Source: Blastocatellia bacterium
Lineage (GTDB): Bacteria > Acidobacteriota > Blastocatellia > UBA7656
NCBI GenBank assembly: GCA_963765495.1
Contig: CAVXWP010000003.1
Location: forward strand, 192,001-256,000
DNA: 64,000 nucleotides
Reading direction: 5' to 3'
The position numbers and the translations under genes are program-made. Below the pieces are notes generated by a model. That model did not search any database, had not been told where the DNA came from, and saw only the letters and a list, made by a program, of their open reading frames with translations. This document shows positions 38,087 to 47,740 of this stretch, piece after piece. The stretch's first letter is position 1, and each line of letters opens with the position of its first letter.

Positions 38087-40139
38087 ATGGAGCCGCGCAT
38101 CAGACATTGGCACTGTCGTTATCGGCTCGTAGGCGAGCGCGAGGAAGCCCGGCTTGCGGTCGAGCGGCTTGAGCGCGCGGTTCGCCCGCGCGTCTCTGAG
38201 GCTTATGCCGAGGCTCTCGCCCGCGTCTTTGAAAATGACCCGGCGGTCTATGTTTTGCGCCGCGTAAATGCTCGCCTCGTGCTCGACCACGCTACACGCG
38301 AAACCGAATCACGGTTGGCCGAAAAATGGGCCGACCGTCTGGGACACGCCGTGGTGAGCAGCATCGCGCGCGGAGGCGAAGATAGCGGCAACCTCGTTCG
38401 ATTCGCCGATGAACCGGATTATGTGGCGCACTTTATCGCAGACCTGCTTGGCGATACGGCGTGGGAGCGATGGTACTACGGCGCGTTTTCGCATCTTCGC
38501 CTGAGCCCAAAAAAGGAAGCGATACTGTCGCTGCTCTTTGAAGGCCGGGAGCAACTCGCGGGCTTATTGCGACGACTCGAAAGCCTCGGATGCCTGAAGC
38601 AGGTCCTCGCCCTGCTTGATCGCCCGTCCGCGCTCGCGCTCTGGTCCGACACGGCAAAAGCGACCGATTCGGCCTCGAATGCGAAAGAGTTCCGCCTTTT
38701 CGTAAGCACCGCGATTCGCCTTCTCGATCTGCTCGGCGTCTGGAAGACCGGCGCGCCTTCCGAGTCCGCAATTCTCGAAGAGTACCTTAAGAGCCATCCC
38801 CTGCCCCCTGGCTGGACGGATCATCGCTCGCTTGCGCAGGCCGTGCTTAACGTAATAAGCCACCTGATCAGCCGTAACTATCTTTCAGGCTTGCACTCGG
38901 AGGTCGCGGCGAAGTTCTCAAATCTGCGCGAGCAAATCTCATCGGAATTCGACTGGCTCGATTTTGAATGGCTTGAGGCCGCGCTGTTTGCGATCCTGAC
39001 CGTATCAGAGCCGGACCCGTCAGAGCCGGCTCTGCCGTTTCGCTCTCCCGGTTCCACTCCCCTGCATCGCCGGATACTCGAACGCATCCGCGACCTGTTA
39101 CGGACGGGCGCGGTCAGGCTTGAAGTGAAAGGCGTGAACGGTATGGATGGCATAGACGGGGCGAGTCTGGAACAAAACGCCCTGCGGCTTTATGCGGGGC
39201 TGGCAATTGCCGATGCCGAGGTCGCCGACCGGGCCGTTGCGCGAGCGATTATCAATCACCTTTTGATGTGCGCGAGCTTTATCGCCGAGGCTTCTGATCC
39301 GCAGGCAATCCTGACCGCGATGAGGACCGGCCAAACCACCCGCTCATATGAAACCCTGGCGGGCGTAGCCGGGGATGCGATCCGCAACGCTTTATGTTAT
39401 GGCCCCCTCGCATCGGAAGCCCTCGAAGAAATCCTCCGTTCGAGCGAGGCTGTGACGGCGCGAACTTACAAAAGCACAGTGCGTACCGAGTGCGCGGGTC
39501 TTTTTCTGGCGGCGCGGGCGATCCTTGATACGCGCATTCCGCAACTTGCCGCGCGCGAAGGGGCGGGACCGCTCTCATCGGTCTTGCTGGCCCTGGGTAT
39601 CGTGTGGATGGGATCGCGTGCGCTCAAGGACGCGATGACCGATCCGGGTCTTGCCTTCTGGTGCGGGCTTGCCCCGCAGGAGTATTCCGCCCGCGAGTTG
39701 TTAGCGGAATTGGATGAGGCGGGTTGCGAGCGACTTCTTGCACAGGTGCGGGAGTTGTTTGAGGCTCGCGCCTCGCTAAGTTCGTCTCTCGCTCGTGGCG
39801 AAGCGCCCTCGCCTCAGTCCTGTCTCGCCCAGATAAAGGCCGAGTTGCCTGATGGTGCGATTGATAAACGATTCGATTGCGCTCGTGGCGATCTACGCCA
39901 TAAGGCTCTGGGCGCAGTGGTTGCCGGGTCTCTCAAGTTCGAGCGTGCTTTACCTGCTCGGTAATATGTTGCGGCGCTCCGGCAATCTGCAAATCAACGA
40001 TCATCGCGTAGATGTCACACTCGCGCCTGGCTCGTTCGACATAGTGATCGAGATGGCTTCCTATACGAAAGAGCTCTCCGAGGTAGCGTGGCTCGGAGGC
40101 CGCAAGGTCACTTTCCGAATAGACCGGAGCTTCAGATGA
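38087..40139 (+). pseudogene. Afp14-like tape-measure protein split by a frameshift near 39840-39880
   Basis: ORF 38087-39964 plus a +1 frame (open from 39837) ending 40139. The +1 frame reads LLGNMLRRSGNL...DIVIEM...VAWL and its TGA overlaps the ATPase ATG (ATGA). Confidence 0.6.
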
Positions 40140-42397
40140 ACCCTTACAAGCCACCCGAAGTCTTGCTTGATCGCGGCCCCTATAAGAGCAGCGCGCACCA
40201 TCTGGGCGATGAGCTTGCTCGCATAGACATGCTTGTGCGGGCACAGGTGGTGCGCTGGCGCTTGACGCTCGCCGAGACAAAACCGGAACAGATGTGGGGC
40301 ATGATTCACGTGAGTGATGCCGAAATCGAGCAGTATCTCTCCTCGCCCGTGACGCCGCCCAATCATCTGCCGGAAACACTGCTTCAAGCCCTGCGCCCGT
40401 TCTGGGAAGCCGAAGATTTGATCTGTCGACAAATCCGCGAGAATCTGGAAGCCACAGACCCCGAACTCGACTTGCGTGTAAATTCGCTCTGCTCGGGCTT
40501 CGCGTTGAGCGAGCTTGAGAGAGACATAATCTTGATTTGCCTGCTGGCCGAACTCGATTTTCGCTATCGTCGGATCTTCGGTTATCTACAAGACGATGCT
40601 TCGCGGACAAGACCGCCGGTTGATCTGCTGACCCAGATCGCGCGACCCCGGGCCGAATCGTTTGAAGAGGCGCGCGCGGCATTTGAGCCGGGAGGCAAAT
40701 TGCTCTCCAATCGGCTGCTCTTCCTGGGCGGCGAGGGCGATAACCGCGCCGCTAGATTTGCGCGGGTAGATGAGAGAATCGCGTCATACCTGTGTGGGAG
40801 CGACGACCCGGATGCGCGGCTTCTCAACATCGTGTCGAGAGACGAGCCGAATCTGGATTGGGATGAGTTGCTCTTTGATGAGGCGCTCGTATCTCATCTG
40901 CGCAGCGTTGCCGATTACGCCGGAGAGCGCAAGGTCCTTCTGTTTTTTCACGGCCTGCGCGGAAGCGGTCGTGAAAAGGCCGCGCGCGCCATCTGCACTC
41001 AGAATCATTCAGGTCTTCTGCGCGTGGATGCGGAAGCGGCGCTCTGCGATCAGATGCGGTGGGAGATGATCGTCGATCTCGCATACCGCGAAGCTCGGCT
41101 TGGCGGCGATGCGATTCACTGGGTAAATGACAGCCTTCTGCAAGAGGACGAGCAAGCATCTTTTCGCCTGAATTATCTATTGCGCGTTGCGGCTGAATTT
41201 GAGGGGCTGACGATTCTGTCGACGACTTCGCCGGGAGACAATCAATTGCAGTTGCGCGGTTGTCTTCCCCTGCATCTAGATTTTCCTGTCCCACATTTCG
41301 AGGGTCGCCGAAAGATATGGCTGGCCTATCTTCCATCCAAGGATGAGTTGCCCGACAGAGATACTATCGCCGAAACGCTTGCCTCGGCTTTTCAGCTTAA
41401 TGAAGGGCAGGTGCGCGACACGGTCGGCTCGGCCGGTGAACTTGCGCAGCGGCGCGATATCTTCAATCCGAAGATCACGAGCGAGGATCTCTATGACGCC
41501 TGCCGAAAACAGGCGGGCCGGAGGTTGCTCGGGTTTGCGCGGAGGATCGAGCCCTCGCGCAAGCTTTCGCTCGACGACGTGATACTGGCCGAACCGGGCA
41601 AGCGGCAACTCAAGGAACTGCTGAACCGGATACGACTGCGTGGCCGCATCTATTCCGAAATAAAATTCAATCAAAGGCTCGCTCAGGGCAGAGGGCTGCT
41701 TGTTCTATTTGCGGGCGCGTCCGGGACAGGAAAGACCATGTCGGCCGAGTTGCTTGCCAATGAAGAGGGAGTTGATCTTTACAAGGTGGATCTTTCGGCC
41801 GTCGTAAGCAAGTGGGTTGGCGAGACTGAGAAGAATCTCAATCGCGTATTTGCCGAAGCGGAGGATTCAAACGCATTGCTCTTCTTTGACGAATGCGATG
41901 CGCTTTTCGGGCAACGGGGCGAGATCAGAGAGGCTAAAGACAGGTGGGCCAACCTCGAGGTGAATTATCTGTTACAACGCGTAGAGGAGTATTCCGGGGT
42001 AGTAATCCTGGCGACAAATCTGAGGCAAAATCTGGATGATGCTTTCCTGCGCCGCATTCAGGTCATAATAGAGTTTCCTGCCCCCAACGCGGATTTACGC
42101 TTAAAGATATGGGAGCGCAGTCTTCCGTCGTCGCCCGATTCGACAATCACAAAAGACGACCTGCGCAACATAGCAAATCGGTTTGCGATCACCGGCGGCA
42201 ACATCCGCAACATCGTAATCGATGCGGCCTTCCGCGCTCTGGCGGCGCGCCGCTCGACGATCACGCTCCGCGATCTTGTAGATTCGATAGCGCGGGAATA
42301 TCAGAAAATCGGCAAGCCTATCACTCAGGGAGATTTCGGCGAAGAATTCTTCAAATGGGCCGTCGCCGACATCCTCTCTCCTGCCGTGGCGGAGTGA
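40136..42397 (+). CDS. eCIS AAA+ ATPase (Afp15/Pvc15-like)
   Basis: N-terminal YRRIFGYLQDDASRTRP; LFAGASGTGKT, DLSAVVSKWVGETEKNL, FFDECDALFG, NYLLQRVE and LDDAFLRR. Confidence 0.95.
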   Translation: MNPYKPPEVLLDRGPYKSSAHHLGDELARIDMLVRAQVVRWRLTLAETKPEQMWGMIHVSDAEIEQYLSSPVTPPNHLPETLLQALRPFWEAEDLICRQIRENLEATDPELDLRVNSLCSGFALSELERDIILICLLAELDFRYRRIFGYLQDDASRTRPPVDLLTQIARPRAESFEEARAAFEPGGKLLSNRLLFLGGEGDNRAARFARVDERIASYLCGSDDPDARLLNIVSRDEPNLDWDELLFDEALVSHLRSVADYAGERKVLLFFHGLRGSGREKAARAICTQNHSGLLRVDAEAALCDQMRWEMIVDLAYREARLGGDAIHWVNDSLLQEDEQASFRLNYLLRVAAEFEGLTILSTTSPGDNQLQLRGCLPLHLDFPVPHFEGRRKIWLAYLPSKDELPDRDTIAETLASAFQLNEGQVRDTVGSAGELAQRRDIFNPKITSEDLYDACRKQAGRRLLGFARRIEPSRKLSLDDVILAEPGKRQLKELLNRIRLRGRIYSEIKFNQRLAQGRGLLVLFAGASGTGKTMSAELLANEEGVDLYKVDLSAVVSKWVGETEKNLNRVFAEAEDSNALLFFDECDALFGQRGEIREAKDRWANLEVNYLLQRVEEYSGVVILATNLRQNLDDAFLRRIQVIIEFPAPNADLRLKIWERSLPSSPDSTITKDDLRNIANRFAITGGNIRNIVIDAAFRALAARRSTITLRDLVDSIAREYQKIGKPITQGDFGEEFFKWAVADILSPAVAE

Positions 42398-42398
42398 T

Positions 42399-45300
42399 AT
42401 GGTTGCCAACAAAGATCAATCCCTTGACCTGCTCTCGGAGCGTGACCGCAGCACAGGCGTAGCGCGCTCCGGAATGGATTCAGGTGTTGAGGCCGCTCAA
42501 TCGCTATTTGCCCCCACGGCAGAACGCGAGGGACTGATGCCCCCGGCCAACGGGGCTCCATCGGCTTCGCGGGCAGCGAATCTGATGACCGCCTCGGCGG
42601 CCATGCCTGACGTAGTCGCCCGGGCTCAGATGAGCATCGCGCTCCAGCGCAATATCGGCAACGCGCGCATGAATGCGATGTTTCATTCGATTGCAGAGCC
42701 AAAGGCTCCGCCGCCTGCCCCACCGACAATCATTCCACCCGCGCCCGAACCAAACAAACCCGCGCCTTCACCCGTCGCAGCGCAGCCGGTCAGCCCCACC
42801 CGACCCGCGCCCGCACCCGCGCCTGCGCCCGTCGGTCCCGCGCCTGCCGCACAGACGCCGACTCCGTCCCCGGCTCTTCTACCCCCCGTCAACATCGCTC
42901 CTGTTCTGCCGTCGGGCAAATCACAGGAGACAGCCGCGCCAGCCGAAAAGGTCGCAACCGAAAAGGTCGCTACTGAAAAGGTCGCAACAGGGAAGGCCGC
43001 ACCCGGAGCCGTTGCGATTGGACAACCATCCGCGCCTGATTCAGAAGAATCAGCCGGGGCCGCCGCAGGCGCGCCGCCTGCAAAGAAGGACTCGACGGCG
43101 CGTGTTGCGGGGCCGGGCGCAAAGGGTGAAGCGGGCAAAGCAAAGTCTGCTTCCCCCGATGCCGAGGGCGAAGCGGACGCGAAAAAGGGTGGCGGAAAGG
43201 GCGCAGGCGCGGTCAAACTCAAGATGCCCGAACCACCCTCAGACGTTACGCCCGCCACTCGTCAGCGCATACGAAAAGTGCAGACGGCTGCCGGCAGCGC
43301 GGCTACCTCGCACGCAACACTGCCACCTGCCGGGGAGGAAGTCGCTCAGGCACGCGCTGCCGTGACAGAGCCGACAGAAGAGACTCACGCGCACGCGGAA
43401 GAAAATCTGGTAGTCGCGCTGGGGCAGAGACCGAAACCGAGCCCGAAGATTGAGAAGCTCTGCGAGAACATATACAGGGTCATCAAATCCAAGCGCCCGC
43501 CTGATGAAGACTCGCTGGTTGATGCCGATCCGGAAGAGATGGGCAAGGCCGCTGGCGGCCTCATGAAGGGAGATGTGCAGGGCGATGTGAAGAGCGTAGA
43601 TCAAAGTTATGACGCGCTCGACAAGCCGCCCTCAGGAACGCCGCAACAGGTGGGTAAGCCTCTTGAGTCTCCACCCGCCGACGTGTCCACTGCCCCCATC
43701 AATGCCACACAGGCGACGCCCGACAAAGTGCCCGCCAAGAACGTCTCGCTTGACGCCGACGCCGAGGCTACAAAGGCGCGTATGGCCGAGGCGGGAATGG
43801 AGAAGGAACCGGCAAAACTCGCGCAGACCGGGCCAGTCGCCGAAGCCCGCGAGGCGCAGGGCGAGCTTGAGCAGACCGCAAAGGAAGACCCGGCCAAAGT
43901 TCTGGCCTCACAGCAAGCATCGCTGGCCAAGGCCAACTCCGATATGGCGGGCCTCCAGCAGAAGGCCCTTAACGCGCTTTCCACTTCGCGCCACGCCACG
44001 GTGACCGGCACGACCGATCAGCAGAAAAAGATGGTCGGATCAGAAGCGCAGATGCGCACCGATGCGAGCAAACTGGCGCGTGACATCTTCACCAGCGCTC
44101 AGACCCGCGTCAATGACCTTCTGCGACCGCTGCCCCAGACCGCGATGGAGAAATGGGACAAGGGCATCGCCATAGCCAGCCACATGTTCAAAGAACATCT
44201 GAAGCAGGTCGCCGACTGGATTAAAGAAAGGCACTCCGGCGTAGGCGGCACCCTGCTCAGCATAGGCGACTATTTCACCGGCCTGCCCGCCTGGGTTACC
44301 AGACACTATGATCAGGCCGAGCAGAAATTCGGCGATGATGTTTGCAATCTGGCGCGAGAGATCTCTACCGAAGTCAACGGCGTCATCATGGCTTGCGAAG
44401 CCATCATCGCGGACGCGAGGACACAGATTGCCGGTATATTCTCTCGCCTGCCCGACAGCCTTCAAGGGTGGGCCGCCACCGAGCAGGCAAAACTCGGTGC
44501 GCAACTCGACTCGCTCGAAAAGCACGCGCATCAGGTCCGCGACAACTTCGACCGCGATCTTGTCAAACGCGCCTCGCAATCCGTACAGGAAGTCCGCGAG
44601 CAGATAGGCGAGTTGCGGCAAAAAGCCAAAGGGCTGATCGGCAGGGTCGTAGATGCGATTGGCCGTTTCCTCGACGACCCCGTCAAGTTCATCATCGAAG
44701 CCCTGCTCGATCTGCTCAGCATCCCGCGCGCGGCTTTCTGGGCGGTCGTAGCAAAGATAAAGAAGGTCATCGGAGAGATAGCCGATGATCCGATGAAATT
44801 TGCAAACAACCTCATGGACGCGGTGGGCAAGGGGTTCAGCCAGTTCTTCGACAACATTCTCGATCACCTGCTGCACGGCTTTGTGGAGTGGTTGACTGGG
44901 GGGCTCGCCTCGGCGGGCGTCGAGCTTCCAAAGGATTTTTCGCTCAAGAGCGTAATCACCTTCTTCCTGCAATTGATGGGAATCACCTGGCCGCGCATCC
45001 GCAAGCTTCTGGCCAAGCATATCGGAGAGGAAAACGTCGCGCTGCTTGAGAAGGCGTACTCCATAGTCGCCAACCTGATAGCGATGGGGCCTGAGGGCAT
45101 CTTCGAGATGATAAAGGAGAAGCTCAACCCGCAGGAGATTCTGGATCAGATCATCAAGGCGGGCGTGGATTATCTGATAAAGGCTGTGGTCAAGGCCGTG
45201 AGCGCCCGCATAATCCTGCTCTTCAATCCGGTAGGCGCTATCCTTCAGGCGCTCGAAGCGATCTATCGCGTGCTCAAGTGGATATTCACAAACGCGGCGC

Positions 45301-46790
45301 GAATATTCCGGCTGATCGAAACCATTGTAAACGGGATTGCAGACATCCTCGCGGGCAACATAGGCGCTATGGCAAACGCGGTCGAAAAGGCGCTGGCAGG
45401 TCTGATTGCGCCCGTGATCGATTTTCTTGCCGACTACCTCGGATTCGGCGACCTGCCCGACAAGATACGAGACACGATCATGGGATTCCAGGCGTGGATC
45501 GAAGGGATACTCGATCAGGTGATAGGCTGGCTGGTCGAAAAGGGCAAGGCGCTACTGGCCGCCGTCGGGCTGGGCGGAGAAAGCGATGAGGACAAGCAGG
45601 GGGAATCGCCAAGCGCAAAGGTCGGCGAAAGGGTGCCGTTTACAGCAGACGGTGAAGGCCACAACTTGTGGATAGATGTCGAGGGCAATGATGCCATAGT
45701 GATGGTCGGCAGCAACGGCCCCTTGAGCGTAGGAAAGCGCCTCGCGATGTGGTCCAAGAAGACAGATGATCTCCCGAAGTCTGCTCAAGCGGGTGAGGAG
45801 AGTCCGCAGGCTAAGGCAAAGCGGTTAATCGGCGAGGCTGAGCCTCTGGCTTCCGTAACCGACAAGACTGCCGAGGACCTGGTCCGAGCCTCACAGAAAT
45901 CTGCCGGAGACGAGAAGACGTCACCGCCAAACGCCGGAGAGCAAGCCGAACTCTCCAAGGAAGAACATGCACTGGCTGACAAGCTTAGACAGTTATTCGA
46001 GGTTTTCGGTGAAGAGTGGGAACCTCTGGGCGAACGCTTCAAAAAAGAGTTTCAAAAGATGCACGAGCTTGCGTCTGAGTATAGTCTGGGTAAGCTTGAG
46101 GAAGCGGACCCTGCCTTGCGGAAGTCACAGACCTGGCAGCCCGTTAGAGCATGGCTACTTGCCAAGGGGCTGATCTTTACAGAACCGATGACACGGACCA
46201 CAAAATTTGTAAAAGAGGTAACGCAACCTAAAGCCGAGTCCGCCGCCGATTCGGCGATCAAGGATGCCGCCAATAAGTACGGATTTTCAGTAAAGGATGT
46301 GCCGCCTGCCGCGCGTAACAATATCGTGGATAACAGCCGGTCTGAGGTCAACGCCGGCAGCTCGCCATTCGATCTGGCAAAGGGGATTCTCCAGGAATTC
46401 GGCTTCTCTGAGCAAATCAGCCCGGTGCTGACTCTCAAGAACGCTTACTTGAATAGCTCTGCGCTTGCAAACGAACTGGGATTTGGAGAGATACAGTTGC
46501 ACCACTTGATAACAAACCAGATGGTAGCGGCGTTAGCGATTACGCAAGGTCAGATTCCCGGACAACAGCTTCGCGACAATACGAAGTACCAGTACAATTC
46601 AAGTCCGGGAGGCCATATCGGTTATGAACGCTGGCACAGACAATATGACTCGTATATGGTAGGCTTCATAACGCGATTCCCGTCCGGGACCTTGACCGTG
46701 GATAGGCTTATTTTGGAGATTCATAATTATTATCAAACTGATCACGGCGAAAACGTAACAAAGCGGATACCGGGCGTGAACATACTCTAA
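42399..46790 (+). CDS. Large eCIS-associated protein, probable polymorphic toxin with His-rich (AHH/HNH-like) C-terminal domain
   Basis: LQRNIGN motif, Pro/Ala-rich linker, long amphipathic helical core and C-terminal QLHHLIT...GGHIGYERWHRQYD. Confidence 0.7.
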   Translation: MVANKDQSLDLLSERDRSTGVARSGMDSGVEAAQSLFAPTAEREGLMPPANGAPSASRAANLMTASAAMPDVVARAQMSIALQRNIGNARMNAMFHSIAEPKAPPPAPPTIIPPAPEPNKPAPSPVAAQPVSPTRPAPAPAPAPVGPAPAAQTPTPSPALLPPVNIAPVLPSGKSQETAAPAEKVATEKVATEKVATGKAAPGAVAIGQPSAPDSEESAGAAAGAPPAKKDSTARVAGPGAKGEAGKAKSASPDAEGEADAKKGGGKGAGAVKLKMPEPPSDVTPATRQRIRKVQTAAGSAATSHATLPPAGEEVAQARAAVTEPTEETHAHAEENLVVALGQRPKPSPKIEKLCENIYRVIKSKRPPDEDSLVDADPEEMGKAAGGLMKGDVQGDVKSVDQSYDALDKPPSGTPQQVGKPLESPPADVSTAPINATQATPDKVPAKNVSLDADAEATKARMAEAGMEKEPAKLAQTGPVAEAREAQGELEQTAKEDPAKVLASQQASLAKANSDMAGLQQKALNALSTSRHATVTGTTDQQKKMVGSEAQMRTDASKLARDIFTSAQTRVNDLLRPLPQTAMEKWDKGIAIASHMFKEHLKQVADWIKERHSGVGGTLLSIGDYFTGLPAWVTRHYDQAEQKFGDDVCNLAREISTEVNGVIMACEAIIADARTQIAGIFSRLPDSLQGWAATEQAKLGAQLDSLEKHAHQVRDNFDRDLVKRASQSVQEVREQIGELRQKAKGLIGRVVDAIGRFLDDPVKFIIEALLDLLSIPRAAFWAVVAKIKKVIGEIADDPMKFANNLMDAVGKGFSQFFDNILDHLLHGFVEWLTGGLASAGVELPKDFSLKSVITFFLQLMGITWPRIRKLLAKHIGEENVALLEKAYSIVANLIAMGPEGIFEMIKEKLNPQEILDQIIKAGVDYLIKAVVKAVSARIILLFNPVGAILQALEAIYRVLKWIFTNAARIFRLIETIVNGIADILAGNIGAMANAVEKALAGLIAPVIDFLADYLGFGDLPDKIRDTIMGFQAWIEGILDQVIGWLVEKGKALLAAVGLGGESDEDKQGESPSAKVGERVPFTADGEGHNLWIDVEGNDAIVMVGSNGPLSVGKRLAMWSKKTDDLPKSAQAGEESPQAKAKRLIGEAEPLASVTDKTAEDLVRASQKSAGDEKTSPPNAGEQAELSKEEHALADKLRQLFEVFGEEWEPLGERFKKEFQKMHELASEYSLGKLEEADPALRKSQTWQPVRAWLLAKGLIFTEPMTRTTKFVKEVTQPKAESAADSAIKDAANKYGFSVKDVPPAARNNIVDNSRSEVNAGSSPFDLAKGILQEFGFSEQISPVLTLKNAYLNSSALANELGFGEIQLHHLITNQMVAALAITQGQIPGQQLRDNTKYQYNSSPGGHIGYERWHRQYDSYMVGFITRFPSGTLTVDRLILEIHNYYQTDHGENVTKRIPGVNIL
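42945..42989 (+). repeat. 15-bp coding tandem repeat (EKVAT x3)
   Basis: GAAAAGGTCGC(A/T)ACN occurs three times. Confidence 0.85.
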
Positions 46791-46805
46791 TGAAAGAAGG
46801 GAGTT

Positions 46806-47405
46806 ATGAAATTCTGGATACTCGAAGAACGAGACCGATTCATTCGGGAAGGTGATGACAGTTGTTACTATAGCATTATTGAACCGTTGAACCTCGCAGA
46901 TTGTCCAATAATCTGCCCCGTGTGCCAGGCCGTTTGCTGTCCACGCTATTGGCTACCGCCTCGAAGAATCGAATTCTCAAAGTCTGGGTGCGGCGATCTG
47001 ATTCTTGGAGTCGCCTTTGAGCTTGTAGTCTCGGAAGATTTTCGCGAGGTATACAAGACAAAGGGGTTGACCGGCATCTCGGATTTCGGTTCTGTGGAAG
47101 TGGCTGAAATCAGCCGCCCCGCCTACCTTGCAGCGCGGCCTAACGTCACATTTGCTCATCTGGATGAGGCAGCATCAGGAGTGATCTGGGAACAGGAGCC
47201 TGTCTGCAATCATTGCCGTCTTGGTGTCATTTCCAGGTTGGACAGCGTTGTTCTTGACGAGAGCACCTGGGATGGCAGCGACCTCTTTATGGCTACTGGC
47301 CTCTATGGCATCAAGCTAGCGACCGATAGATTTGTCGAGGTCGTGAAAGACGCAAATCTCACGAATTTTGTATTCGTTCCCGCATCTGAATATTCAATAC
47401 CATGA
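46806..47405 (+). CDS. Putative immunity protein (double-CxxC; double-CXXCG / Imm11-like)
   Basis: Motifs CPVC, LVVSEDFREVY..KGLTG, CNHC and LDESTWDGSDLF...TDRFVEVVK..LTNF; directly after the toxin gene. Confidence 0.7.
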   Translation: MKFWILEERDRFIREGDDSCYYSIIEPLNLADCPIICPVCQAVCCPRYWLPPRRIEFSKSGCGDLILGVAFELVVSEDFREVYKTKGLTGISDFGSVEVAEISRPAYLAARPNVTFAHLDEAASGVIWEQEPVCNHCRLGVISRLDSVVLDESTWDGSDLFMATGLYGIKLATDRFVEVVKDANLTNFVFVPASEYSIP

Positions 47406-47707
47406 AGAGCTATCTATCAGTGACTTTGTGGACCGACGCGGCCCGGACCCGGTATTTTCTGATTCCTGACGACAAAGAGTTTCCGTCGGGTGACTTCACC
47501 CTGCGCACGCTCACTGGTCGAAAGATGAAAATCGAAGAGGGCAGTCTCGCCGAGTTCGAACTGAGCGAAGAGGAGGCAAAAGAATGGCTCCGAGGCGAAT
47601 TCGGCAAGATGCTCGACGGAGCGCGGGCAGCCGTAGACCGATTTGTCAAAAAGCTGAGCGAGGGACCGTCCGACTCCGCCGAAGAACCGAAAACATCAGA
47701 TGACTGA
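47402..47707 (+). CDS. Small hypothetical protein coupled to the immunity gene
   Basis: ATGA overlap with the upstream gene; 101 aa. Confidence 0.7.
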   Translation: MKSYLSVTLWTDAARTRYFLIPDDKEFPSGDFTLRTLTGRKMKIEEGSLAEFELSEEEAKEWLRGEFGKMLDGARAAVDRFVKKLSEGPSDSAEEPKTSDD

Positions 47708-47740
47708 TCTGTCACCGGGCGACTGTCGCGTGATGAGTCT

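Larger units (their letters stand above)
16226..47707 (+). other. Extracellular contractile injection system (Afp/PVC-like eCIS) locus
   Basis: Co-oriented DUF4255, two sheaths, two tubes, LysM, GPD, gpV, PAAR, gp25, baseplate J, tail I, Afp14-like and AAA+ genes. No capsid, terminase or T6SS membrane-complex genes. Confidence 0.93.

Noticed and set aside
39837-39890. Programmed ribosomal frameshift signal
   Set aside because: No slippery heptamer or homopolymer is visible; kept only as an unexplained frameshift.
17318-42397. Prophage or T6SS interpretation of the tail genes
   Set aside because: No capsid, portal, terminase or integrase genes and no TssJLM/ClpV; DUF4255 plus an Afp15-type ATPase indicate eCIS.
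22618-45020. Long antisense ORFs (e.g. 22618-23658, 35500-36474, 44040-45020)
   Set aside because: They are shadows of well-supported plus-strand genes in GC-rich DNA and lack motifs.
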